This document shows positions 38,739 through 48,044 of a DNA stretch of 64,000 nt, one piece after another. Under the pieces are notes generated by a model. That model saw nothing but the letters and a program-made list of their open reading frames with translations, was not told the origin of the DNA and did no database searches. This DNA comes from a virus (lineage: Duplodnaviria; Caudoviricetes), in IMG/VR virus record IMGVR_UViG_2706794911_000004, positions 1 to 64,000 of that record; one strand, written 5' to 3'. A program made the position numbers and the translations under genes. The first letter of the stretch is position 1. Each line of letters opens with the position of its first letter.

Positions 38739-41700
38739 TTAACTACCACCACCTAACTGTAAATATTCAAATACGACATTAGACGTACCACTAGGTACAT
38801 CTAGATTCTTAACTTTTTTACCTGACATAGAAAATTCGCTCTCTTTGGTACTGAACAACAACTGTCTTGCCCCCCCGCCAAAGTAAGCATAGACATTTAA
38901 CTGATCGCCATACTGAAATCTAGCACCATACTCAAAAGATAGCCTATCCACGTATCCACTGGGTGGAGTGCTGGGCAAATCTACTTTCATCGTGTGACGT
39001 ATGAAGTCTTTATCGAATAACTGTGACTTGCTGACACCATCAACTATTACAACTCCGTCACCTGATCCGCCAGTGCCAAAAAACTGAAATATATCTACCC
39101 ACTCCCAAGCATATTGTTCAGCATAGGAGAAGTCTAGCGTTACACTTGAGTCAAAGGTAAAGTGCTCTATGTTATTCAAAGCGTTACTCTCCATCTGATC
39201 ATTGAAGTACTCCAATAATACAACTTCGGTAGCTAGTACCTCGTCTATCTCAGTAAGGGTGTCACTATCTATATAAGGTATAGTATTAAATGGAAGGTAA
39301 AACCTGAAGTCGTCACCTGGCATTAGTCTTACTGTAAACTCACCAAGAATATCACCTGATGATACCCAAGTGGTTTTTGAGGTTAGCTTCCCAGTATTTA
39401 ACAGTAAATCTAAACCACGTTCCCCGCCCACCAATTTCTGGCTGTAAGACTGCCTTAGACCTAGGTTGTCTGACGCGTAATTAAAAATGTTGCTTACTTT
39501 ATCCATCTCTGTTGGTAGGTAGTTACCATGATCTCCATCCACATACAGACTACTATAAAACTGAACAGGTGACTGTATACTGCCACTGGTATCAACTGAG
39601 CCTGCCACGAACTCAACTAAGGTAGTGTCATCGTGTAAGTGTACTGGTACTAGACTCCTATCGCCCTCGCCTCCATAGAATCTTTCCACAAAATCGCCAT
39701 TCGAGTAAACATCAACAAACTCGTCCTCGTTCAACTGATTACTAGTGTCAAAGTATAAGTAAGCATTACTGGGCGCGGCTAGGATGAACATGCCGTAACC
39801 ATAATCAGCTACAGGGTAACTAGCGGAAGGTATATCTAAAACCAAAGACCCATCGAAACTCCATAAACCACTAAGCTCTACACCGCTTGGCACGATATTT
39901 TTTAACTCTGTGCTATAATCATAAGGTATGCGAGAAGGACATATTATCTCCACCTCCCCCGCCACGGACAACCTGTTCATACCTAGCGACTCTATGTTAT
40001 ACGTTATAGTAGCATTATCCTCTGGTGTAGCGTAAGATTTGCTTAGCACCCGCCACCCATCACCATACTCAGGTGTAATAATTACATGTATATCACCATA
40101 TGTGTCAGCCTCCCATCGTCTGGGTGTAGTGCTTAACATGAAATCCTCATTAAACAGTAAGCCACCAATACACTCCCTATCGGGTTCGTTCACACCTAAC
40201 TCATAACCAAAGGAGAAAATACCGTCACACTCACTCTGCAGCTCTACCTCTAATTCTCTAGAATTATCATTGTTGCCATCAGTAAAACCCCTGTAGAAAG
40301 TGCTTAGTGAGCTATCTTTTGCGTATACCTTCCACTTACCTTCTATCATTTCACCATGCTTGTCATAGTCTTGTGGCATAGGATCATCAGCATAGCCAAC
40401 TGTCTCCACCACTTCTATATCTTTAATAAATACTGCATCTAAGCCCACGCCCATAGAAGCTAGTTTACTTACCATCATATCAAACTTATAGGTTTGTCCT
40501 TCACTCATGTTAAATTTAGCTTCCTGCCACCCATTTGTGTCGAACCACGGGCCGCCCACCTGATTCTCATTAATGTACAAGGATAGGTAACTTTGATTAC
40601 CACCTTCTATCAAGTACTTAAATGAAATGTATCCCTTCTTTTTCAGCCTCCAATTAAATGTAAGCTTGGAAGATAGTGTTTCAGGTAACCTATTTAAAGG
40701 AAGTTTAAGTATATTCTCGTTTCCAGCCCCGCCGTCCACGGAATTAACTAAATCCCATTCGATATTCTCCTTAGATGACACAGATCTCAGCATATCCATA
40801 AGGTCTGTAGTAGTACTTTGTCCCTTGGTTGAGAATAAGGGTACTTCTGCATCTACACCATTAAAGTAGTTAACATAGTCAGCACTAAAATGATGATTAT
40901 AAGGTAACGGACACTTTGGTATGAAGTCTTTTTCTACCTCTATGCCTAGCCCTGTAAACTGTATACTTTTAAATCTAACTGTACTACTACCTTTCGCCCC
41001 CTCAACTACCCACTGGAAAGTATGTGTACCTGCAGGTACGTTTACAGTACTATCACTAAAGTACAGGTCTGCTGTCTTATCTTCCCATAGACCTGATTCC
41101 TCGCCGCCCTCACGATAAACACTATCAATTACCTCCAATAACTCTACATCCGTATACACTGATAGGGGATAGTGCTGGCCTAGCTCGTCTATAAATGCTT
41201 CTGTCCACTTACCATCATGAGACTTCGTTATCTGGTTGATATTCTGCCACTTAGATGGCGTTGTATGAAAAGCTGACACAAACACAACTTTCCACTGATT
41301 GGGACCTGTCTGGTAATAATAGTACCTGTCTACTAGAGCCCCCACGGTGCCCGTGTCATGTATCCCATGCTTAACGTCTACAAAAGGTTTTAGATCACCA
41401 GACTTATTCCGCACATACCACTGTCCTTCTGTACCAACACGATCTGCGTGTCTCCAGATAACCTCACCGTCCAGAAGTAGCTTGACAATACCACCGTTTA
41501 AATCAGCCGCCATGTTGAATACAACCAAGCCAGCATCATTGTACGTTACTTGCTTAGAAAGAGATAGTGTTTGGCCCTCCCTGCTCTTACCTGTCAGAGA
41601 GTTATACTCACTAAACCAGTTACCATTATACGTAAAGCTATTGTCTATGGAGTTACTAAAATCAGCGAAATATATGACATAAGGCTTTTCACCTGTATCT

Positions 41701-42116
41701 AGTATCTTCAATATACAATCCTTAATAAAACTTAATGCCTGTGAGTATTGACTATCTAAAGGTTCGGTGTTCTGCCGCACCCACCACATAAGTCTGCGGT
41801 ACATATTCCACAAAGCTTCTCTGCACCTTACGTCTTTATACCAATCTCTATTATGCGTAAAGTGCTCTATCATTTGATCTACTATGTTCCTTAAAGCCTT
41901 TTTGTCAACCTTGCTCCAACGTCCTATTTCTCCATTACCCTCGTCTCCCAACAAAGGATTCTGGTAGCCTGGCAACCTAGTTTTCCTGGGTTGGTTGGGG
42001 CTACCTTCCTTAGAAGGGTGATTAGGGTGCTGTGGGTTTACTACATTTAAAAGCATATTTTTAAACTTAGGGTCACAGCCCCCACTACTATACAAGCCTA
42101 ATTTGCTCATGTACAT
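38739..42116 (-). CDS. Large beta-rich virion protein
   Basis: 1125-aa ORF in the tail-tip cluster. Confidence 0.7.
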   Translation of the reverse strand: MYMSKLGLYSSGGCDPKFKNMLLNVVNPQHPNHPSKEGSPNQPRKTRLPGYQNPLLGDEGNGEIGRWSKVDKKALRNIVDQMIEHFTHNRDWYKDVRCREALWNMYRRLMWWVRQNTEPLDSQYSQALSFIKDCILKILDTGEKPYVIYFADFSNSIDNSFTYNGNWFSEYNSLTGKSREGQTLSLSKQVTYNDAGLVVFNMAADLNGGIVKLLLDGEVIWRHADRVGTEGQWYVRNKSGDLKPFVDVKHGIHDTGTVGALVDRYYYYQTGPNQWKVVFVSAFHTTPSKWQNINQITKSHDGKWTEAFIDELGQHYPLSVYTDVELLEVIDSVYREGGEESGLWEDKTADLYFSDSTVNVPAGTHTFQWVVEGAKGSSTVRFKSIQFTGLGIEVEKDFIPKCPLPYNHHFSADYVNYFNGVDAEVPLFSTKGQSTTTDLMDMLRSVSSKENIEWDLVNSVDGGAGNENILKLPLNRLPETLSSKLTFNWRLKKKGYISFKYLIEGGNQSYLSLYINENQVGGPWFDTNGWQEAKFNMSEGQTYKFDMMVSKLASMGVGLDAVFIKDIEVVETVGYADDPMPQDYDKHGEMIEGKWKVYAKDSSLSTFYRGFTDGNNDNSRELEVELQSECDGIFSFGYELGVNEPDRECIGGLLFNEDFMLSTTPRRWEADTYGDIHVIITPEYGDGWRVLSKSYATPEDNATITYNIESLGMNRLSVAGEVEIICPSRIPYDYSTELKNIVPSGVELSGLWSFDGSLVLDIPSASYPVADYGYGMFILAAPSNAYLYFDTSNQLNEDEFVDVYSNGDFVERFYGGEGDRSLVPVHLHDDTTLVEFVAGSVDTSGSIQSPVQFYSSLYVDGDHGNYLPTEMDKVSNIFNYASDNLGLRQSYSQKLVGGERGLDLLLNTGKLTSKTTWVSSGDILGEFTVRLMPGDDFRFYLPFNTIPYIDSDTLTEIDEVLATEVVLLEYFNDQMESNALNNIEHFTFDSSVTLDFSYAEQYAWEWVDIFQFFGTGGSGDGVVIVDGVSKSQLFDKDFIRHTMKVDLPSTPPSGYVDRLSFEYGARFQYGDQLNVYAYFGGGARQLLFSTKESEFSMSGKKVKNLDVPSGTSNVVFEYLQLGGGS

Positions 42117-42218
42117 CCCTCGACTTCCTCAGAACTTCTTGTGATTACTTGTAACCCTTTACCAGGTATCAATAATTCCCCCCTAGTTTTTGTTATTTTA
42201 TAAATTTGACTTCATAGT

Positions 42219-42247
42219 TATATACCAGAGAAGATGCTAAAAGTTAA
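42219..42247 (-). promoter_or_regulatory. Phage ECF-type promoter copy 8
   Basis: TTAACTTTT-N10-CTGGTATATA. Confidence 0.75.
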
Positions 42248-44246
42248 ACTCATATACCAATCTATTATTTACTTTTATTTTTACCTTACTGTCTAAAGAT
42301 TCTATAGACACTGTGTAGAACTGCCCCGCCACCAATGACATTTTTGTCAAGGGTGACAAAATTTTCTTCTTCACACCACCCACAACCCTGTACAGTGACA
42401 CAGGATTTAGGCTACCTTGTTTTAACTCTAGTAAATAATAGTTTGAAGAATCCTTGTAATTAAATACAATGCCAGAAATACACTCTATACCCTGCCCTAT
42501 CTCAACATCCACACTGAGCTTAAAAGAGTCACCCTCAGTACCTATAACACACATGCCTTCTTTAGATTCCATCTCGTCTCTATCGTTAAACTGCCAGTTT
42601 TTACACCAATCTTTATCTTGTATTGTCTGCTTGTTATAGCTCTCCACCCAAGGATAATAAGGATTAAATGGATCACTTGAATCATAATCTTCGGGTACAA
42701 AGAATCCATTCTCCCATTCTGAGACATCCATACCTTCTTTTAAAATGTCATCATACTTATGGATCAATCCTTGCCCTTTTGTCACTGGTATATCCTTATC
42801 ATTTGTGATGACAAAATCCTTAAACTTGTCTGATAAGATGTCGTCGACTAAACTACCTAGTTTCTCATTGTATAGCGATACCTGATGCTGTTTGGTCAGT
42901 GGTACTACTTTCTCCCTCTTGTAAATGTCTATATTTTTTCTGTTTAGCTTCTCCCTGCCCACCCATTTTGACTCTAGGTTCCTCTGTGTATTGTTTAAGT
43001 GTTTGAAGTTAGGTCTGATAGAGTCTATGGCATAGTTTTGCTTAATACTCTTATCTTCCTGCCTTATTAAGGAGTAAGCCCCGTGGTTACTCAAACCTTT
43101 GCTACGGGGCTTCAAATAAGAGCCTATAGAATGCTTCGTCAGGTCTTTGCTTTGTTGCGTTATAGCATTGTCCATATAGTGTTTTCTCAACCTGTCAGTG
43201 TTTCTTCGATGTGTAGCCATAGGTGTGAATGTTTTAAATATAGGCCTACCCTGCTCTCTACTTGCCTCCCCACCCATATTTTTTCTGAGCTTACGTCGGG
43301 GTTTCGAGTACAGTGAGGCATCGTGTGTACTAGCCTCTCTAAACGAATCCGAAGAAGATAATACAAGATCACTGTACTCAACACCTTGTTCAGCAGTCTT
43401 GGTAGCTACTATGCTACTCACAGACTCAACCAATATAGTAAAATCCCTGCCAAACTGTTTACTAGTCACAAATTCTCCTTCGTGTTCATTATCAGACACA
43501 GCTAAGTCTACTAGACCAGCTATGTGTTCGAGTGGTCTGTCACTAGACAGTGTGTCACTGACTGTTGCTTGCAAGCTATAGTCTCGGTCAAGCAAATAGC
43601 TACTTTCAGTTTTATACCCCATTTGTAAATCACTTCGTAAGATGTCAGTGACACTAGCAACCTCGCCACCAAACGTGTTTACACGCCCAGGACTTATATG
43701 GCTCTGAACGTCACACCCCCGTATGTCAATTAAGCTCGTTACAGCTTTACTTAAAACACTGTGCCACTCTGTAGAATCTCGCTGAAACATATCTATAGAA
43801 TTATTAATAATCTGCTTACTTGAAGAATATGCATCTACATAGATGCTCTGAAAATGCAGGTTTCTCTCCAGATCCCCCCGCAAGTTATCCTTTTCGTCAG
43901 AGATACCACGCTTGTATATGTCTCTTGTAAACTGCTTGGGGTAAACCTTACTGCAGCCTAACTCTTTTTTAGACACCCCTAACAGATTAGAAAAGGTTGA
44001 CCTCCTAAAATTATCCAAAGTCACAAACCCGCCATCACTTGCTTCAAGCATATCTGTAAAGTAGCCAGCCAGAATAGGCTCGTCTAAACGCTTACCAATA
44101 AAGTAGTCAAGCATTAAAAGACTAGGAAACTTAGATATTGGTATATAAGCGAACTCGAAACCATCTTTTAATGTAGGGGCTGAAATCTTAAAAACATAGC
44201 TTTGATTGGAAACATAGTAGTCTATTAGTTTAAAGTTATAACTCAA
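42237..44246 (-). CDS. Virion-associated protein with C-terminal ConA-like domain
   Basis: GIVFNYKDSSNYYLLEL...KIKVNN. Confidence 0.65.
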   Translation of the reverse strand: MSYNFKLIDYYVSNQSYVFKISAPTLKDGFEFAYIPISKFPSLLMLDYFIGKRLDEPILAGYFTDMLEASDGGFVTLDNFRRSTFSNLLGVSKKELGCSKVYPKQFTRDIYKRGISDEKDNLRGDLERNLHFQSIYVDAYSSSKQIINNSIDMFQRDSTEWHSVLSKAVTSLIDIRGCDVQSHISPGRVNTFGGEVASVTDILRSDLQMGYKTESSYLLDRDYSLQATVSDTLSSDRPLEHIAGLVDLAVSDNEHEGEFVTSKQFGRDFTILVESVSSIVATKTAEQGVEYSDLVLSSSDSFREASTHDASLYSKPRRKLRKNMGGEASREQGRPIFKTFTPMATHRRNTDRLRKHYMDNAITQQSKDLTKHSIGSYLKPRSKGLSNHGAYSLIRQEDKSIKQNYAIDSIRPNFKHLNNTQRNLESKWVGREKLNRKNIDIYKREKVVPLTKQHQVSLYNEKLGSLVDDILSDKFKDFVITNDKDIPVTKGQGLIHKYDDILKEGMDVSEWENGFFVPEDYDSSDPFNPYYPWVESYNKQTIQDKDWCKNWQFNDRDEMESKEGMCVIGTEGDSFKLSVDVEIGQGIECISGIVFNYKDSSNYYLLELKQGSLNPVSLYRVVGGVKKKILSPLTKMSLVAGQFYTVSIESLDSKVKIKVNNRLVYEFNF

Positions 44247-44265
44247 TTACATCACCCACCTGACG

Positions 44266-44290
44266 AAAAAGACTACCTTTAGGTAGTCTT
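44266..44290 (-). terminator. Intrinsic terminator
   Basis: AAGACTACCT/AGGTAGTCTT hairpin plus TTT on the minus strand. Confidence 0.6.
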
Positions 44291-45380
44291 AGTATCTGAC
44301 TTCTGCTAGTAGAGCTACCGCAGTTCCTTGATTCGGAGAGAGCTTATAGAAATTCTGTTCAGTGTTTATGTCAAAGTATCTGAAAACTTCTTGCTTCCAC
44401 TTCTTGTCTGGATACTTGCACACATCCACATCTATAATAAGTTTATCCATATGGAGTATATTGTGTCTTATAACGGATATACAGTCAAATAGGTGCCCTC
44501 TGTAACCTTCATATGGGTGGGCTACGTATATAGGAGATAAGTGGTACTTATCCGTCCACCTAGACGCTTGATAGCCTTGTGCTTCTAGCTCAAGACCCGT
44601 ATCACCCAAAACTGAATCTACAAATGCATTACCTGGCTTAGGTGCCTGCGTTATAAAAGCAGGGTAATGTTTTTGGAACCTTACTCCTGATTTAGTACCT
44701 AACATCTGGAAAGTATTATTACCTGGTGAGGTATACACCCCGAAATACTCAGAAGGTGTTTTAGATTGAAGCTGTGCCATAGTAGGCTCCACGTTAACAC
44801 ACCCCGCAGTAAGTAGTACGTTGCCGTCGATATCATCTACATTACCTTCAAAAGTAACTATTTCACCAGCATACATAAAAGATTTTCTGTAATCATTAAA
44901 GTTAACAACAGGGTCAGCTACGATAACCATAGCTAGTCTTTTATTTGTGATATTCAAAAAGACATGCAAAGCACTTTCTTTTGACCTCTCTGTATTAGCT
45001 ATGCTCTCATTCGCACACTGATACTTGGCAACTGGACCAGCATTACCAAATGTGCTGGTACCTTCATTATAGTTCTCCAAAACCTGCACACTGAACGTGG
45101 CATAAGTGCTATCAGAGGCTAAAGTCTCATTAAAGAATTTAACATAGAATACTTTACCTACTTGCCCGTCCGCCACTCCCCTTTTGAATATAATAGAAGT
45201 AATATTACCATCTGTGTCAGTTTCGCTAGACTGTACAGTCCATACGTTATTTTCAGCAGTCTCGCCAGCATCTGCATTAAAAGGGTATGCTGTGAGGTTA
45301 TCTACTACTTCTTCTTTCAAAAAATTTAAAAATCGCTTAGCTTTGACATCGTATTTCTCCACCCACTTAAAATGAGCCAT
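44289..45380 (-). CDS. Virion structural protein (paralog of 45397..47205 C-terminal domain)
   Basis: KSGVRFQKHYPAFIT, SPIYVAHPYEGYRG. Confidence 0.75.
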   Translation of the reverse strand: MAHFKWVEKYDVKAKRFLNFLKEEVVDNLTAYPFNADAGETAENNVWTVQSSETDTDGNITSIIFKRGVADGQVGKVFYVKFFNETLASDSTYATFSVQVLENYNEGTSTFGNAGPVAKYQCANESIANTERSKESALHVFLNITNKRLAMVIVADPVVNFNDYRKSFMYAGEIVTFEGNVDDIDGNVLLTAGCVNVEPTMAQLQSKTPSEYFGVYTSPGNNTFQMLGTKSGVRFQKHYPAFITQAPKPGNAFVDSVLGDTGLELEAQGYQASRWTDKYHLSPIYVAHPYEGYRGHLFDCISVIRHNILHMDKLIIDVDVCKYPDKKWKQEVFRYFDINTEQNFYKLSPNQGTAVALLAEVRY

Positions 45381-45396
45381 TTTGCATTCCTCCAGA

Positions 45397-47205
45397 CTAA
45401 TTATTTTTTACTTCCTTGAGTATTGCTATTGAGGTGTTAAATGTAGTAGGTGACTTACTAAACATATTAATGTGTGTGTTCAGACTGAAAAATTTATAGA
45501 CTTCTGTTGTGTTACCTATCTGCATTTCTAGTTCCTCGCCGTCGATCATATTGTGGTCATGTATTGCTACAACACCATACAAGTTGCATCTGTAACCTTC
45601 ATAAAAATTGACTAAATATATTGGACTTGAGTGTATCTCCTCCGTCCAAAGAGAAGCATTAAAACCATGTATATCTAGTACTAGTCTCTGTAGTGGGCTA
45701 GGTATAGTTCCCACCGTTGGGTAATTTGGTAAGTGTGTCAAGAAGGCAGGGTGATACTCTTGGAAGTATAGTCCTGATTTACCTTTAAACATCGATACTG
45801 AATCCATCCCATTAGAAGAATGTCTACCAAATGCAGAGTAACTATTATTCTTTGTCTTATCTATATTATTATAAGTCATACCTGCTTTTGCTGCTGTTAA
45901 CTCACCTGTCCCCGCCGTTACCGCAAAGTTTCCTGTAGATGGTGTAGTAGCTAGGTCCTCTGTCATCCCTATATATACTAAGTTTCTATAATAGTTATCT
46001 ATACCATGACTAGGGTCCCCTTGTAAAATCATTACCAGTCTACTATTATCCACACTTATATAATAGTCCACCGTAGAGAAGAAAGGGCGTTTCTTATCTG
46101 CTATCCACGATTCTGTGTAGTCAGCACTAGTAAACGCCAACGTGTTTGGACTAGTGAACCCGTCTACAATGTTAAAGACTCTAGGTACAAAATGGTTAGA
46201 TTCATATACTTGCCGCTCCCACGCTAAGTATGCTTCATACTGGTCAATCACTACTGGTGTCTTACCTGCCCCTACTGTACTTAAGTCACAAGCCTTATTA
46301 TACGTATTCACCGCATACTGGTTATCCGAGCTAGGTACTATGTCACCTTCTACCGCAAAACCATACCTGATCTTGAAGTAATTAGCATTGTCTTCTGGCT
46401 GTTCTAAAAGTACGTTTACGATCTCGCCGCCCTCATGCTGTAAAACCCCTATAGCAGGTATAGAGTTGTGGGTAGGAGTAAACCTGTTAAGGGTTACTGT
46501 ATAAGTGCTTACTATCAAAAGGTTAATAGACAGGTTTGACCATTTACCATCGCTGTATTCTCTGTATCTGTGCAAAAGAAAGTTAGAACCCTTGCTCCTC
46601 AAATATAGGTAGTACGTCCAGTCGTCAGGCATAGGTGCTAATAGTTTAAACTGATTCCAGTTAACGTCCTCAACTTCATTGCCTGTGTAGTCTATTCTTG
46701 CGTGCTTTACCACATACGCCTGATACTTTTCCCAAGGGTTGCTGAACGTGCTCTCTGGGAAATTAGGCTGCATATCCACCAAGGTTACTAAAGCATCAGG
46801 TATATTATAAACTGTTCCTCCATGTGTAAAGCTCTTCACGTTTACTTTTCTGCCTGTTCGATACGACTCGTCATACCCTGTATAAGGTGTGTCAGGAGAC
46901 AGTTCCCATACGTACCCGTTATCATCTACATGATTTGTCTGCGTACCTAATTTGTTTATCCTAGATAAGCCGCCACCTGTGTGAGTATAGTCTACAGTTG
47001 TGTTTTGTGTGTAAAGTGTATAAGTAATCCAGTCTCTTTGAAGCTCAGTGAATATTTTTTTCCACTTGTTAGTCTCTGTCCCCCCGCCCGCAATAGGTAT
47101 AGTTGAAGCAGAAACTTTCTCCACAATATCCTTTACTAGGCTGTTTACTTGTGAGGTTTCTGTAATCCAAGCACATGGTTTATTAGGTGTTAAACATTCG
47201 TTCAT
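45397..47205 (-). CDS. Virion structural protein
   Basis: KSGLYFQEYHPAFLT, SPIYLVNFYEGYRC. Confidence 0.75.
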   Translation of the reverse strand: MNECLTPNKPCAWITETSQVNSLVKDIVEKVSASTIPIAGGGTETNKWKKIFTELQRDWITYTLYTQNTTVDYTHTGGGLSRINKLGTQTNHVDDNGYVWELSPDTPYTGYDESYRTGRKVNVKSFTHGGTVYNIPDALVTLVDMQPNFPESTFSNPWEKYQAYVVKHARIDYTGNEVEDVNWNQFKLLAPMPDDWTYYLYLRSKGSNFLLHRYREYSDGKWSNLSINLLIVSTYTVTLNRFTPTHNSIPAIGVLQHEGGEIVNVLLEQPEDNANYFKIRYGFAVEGDIVPSSDNQYAVNTYNKACDLSTVGAGKTPVVIDQYEAYLAWERQVYESNHFVPRVFNIVDGFTSPNTLAFTSADYTESWIADKKRPFFSTVDYYISVDNSRLVMILQGDPSHGIDNYYRNLVYIGMTEDLATTPSTGNFAVTAGTGELTAAKAGMTYNNIDKTKNNSYSAFGRHSSNGMDSVSMFKGKSGLYFQEYHPAFLTHLPNYPTVGTIPSPLQRLVLDIHGFNASLWTEEIHSSPIYLVNFYEGYRCNLYGVVAIHDHNMIDGEELEMQIGNTTEVYKFFSLNTHINMFSKSPTTFNTSIAILKEVKNN

Positions 47206-47627
47206 TAAGCATCACCATCCGACCTTAAAAATTTTACATTGTACCATACACTCTTCTCCCCAGTATTTACACTAGTGAAAACAAATTTCAGCACAGCATT
47301 AGGCTCCAGTGGGTATACAATACCGAAACTATTACCCATTGATACACTCTCAGGCAGTTCTTTAGTATATATTGTTTCACATACTTTAACATCACCTATA
47401 TAGAAATCCCAATAGTCACCCTTACAGTAATCACTACAGGCAAAGGCAACAGATAGGAACTCTGTATCGAAAGGTAAAGAAAAAGTATCTTCATACGTAC
47501 CCGCACCGTTTACCGCAATCATCCTACCTTTAATGTACGGGACAGTAAGTTTTGAAAAATGTGGGTAAGGTAGCTGTCTTACTTTATCAACTACCCCGCC
47601 CGATAAATAACTAACATTAAATGACAT
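47205..47627 (-). CDS. Putative virion protein
   Basis: RBS GGGAGG, coupled ORF. Confidence 0.7.
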   Translation of the reverse strand: MSFNVSYLSGGVVDKVRQLPYPHFSKLTVPYIKGRMIAVNGAGTYEDTFSLPFDTEFLSVAFACSDYCKGDYWDFYIGDVKVCETIYTKELPESVSMGNSFGIVYPLEPNAVLKFVFTSVNTGEKSVWYNVKFLRSDGDA

Positions 47628-47648
47628 ACGTAAACCTCCCCATTCTTG

Positions 47649-48044
47649 CTACCTTTTTACAACTTTGTTTCCTTCTAAATTGCCATCCTTAGCGTAGTCT
47701 AAACCTATATAATAGTCAGTAATAACATCTGACGAAGGAGAAAGAAATGTTATTACTACATAGTTAAGCCTAAAGTGTCTGTAGTACTCATATTCTTGCT
47801 TACGCATGTTTTCGGGGTAGGTATTTACATCATCATTACCTAAACCTAATGTCACCTGCTCTACATGACCTGATTCATACGTAAGCTCTATACTAGTTAC
47901 AGTGTCTTTGTCTAGAGGATGTTCCCTATACAGCTTTACATTAGGCATACCTAAACTAGAATCAGGTGTGATTTGCCTTACTTCCTTTCTTATTAAATCC
48001 AGGATTGGGTAGATAATATTCTCATTAGGTACTGCTCTGATCAT
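47649..48044 (-). CDS. Hypothetical tail-region protein
   Basis: Start MIRAVP coupled to the upstream stop. Confidence 0.65.
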   Translation of the reverse strand: MIRAVPNENIIYPILDLIRKEVRQITPDSSLGMPNVKLYREHPLDKDTVTSIELTYESGHVEQVTLGLGNDDVNTYPENMRKQEYEYYRHFRLNYVVITFLSPSSDVITDYYIGLDYAKDGNLEGNKVVKR

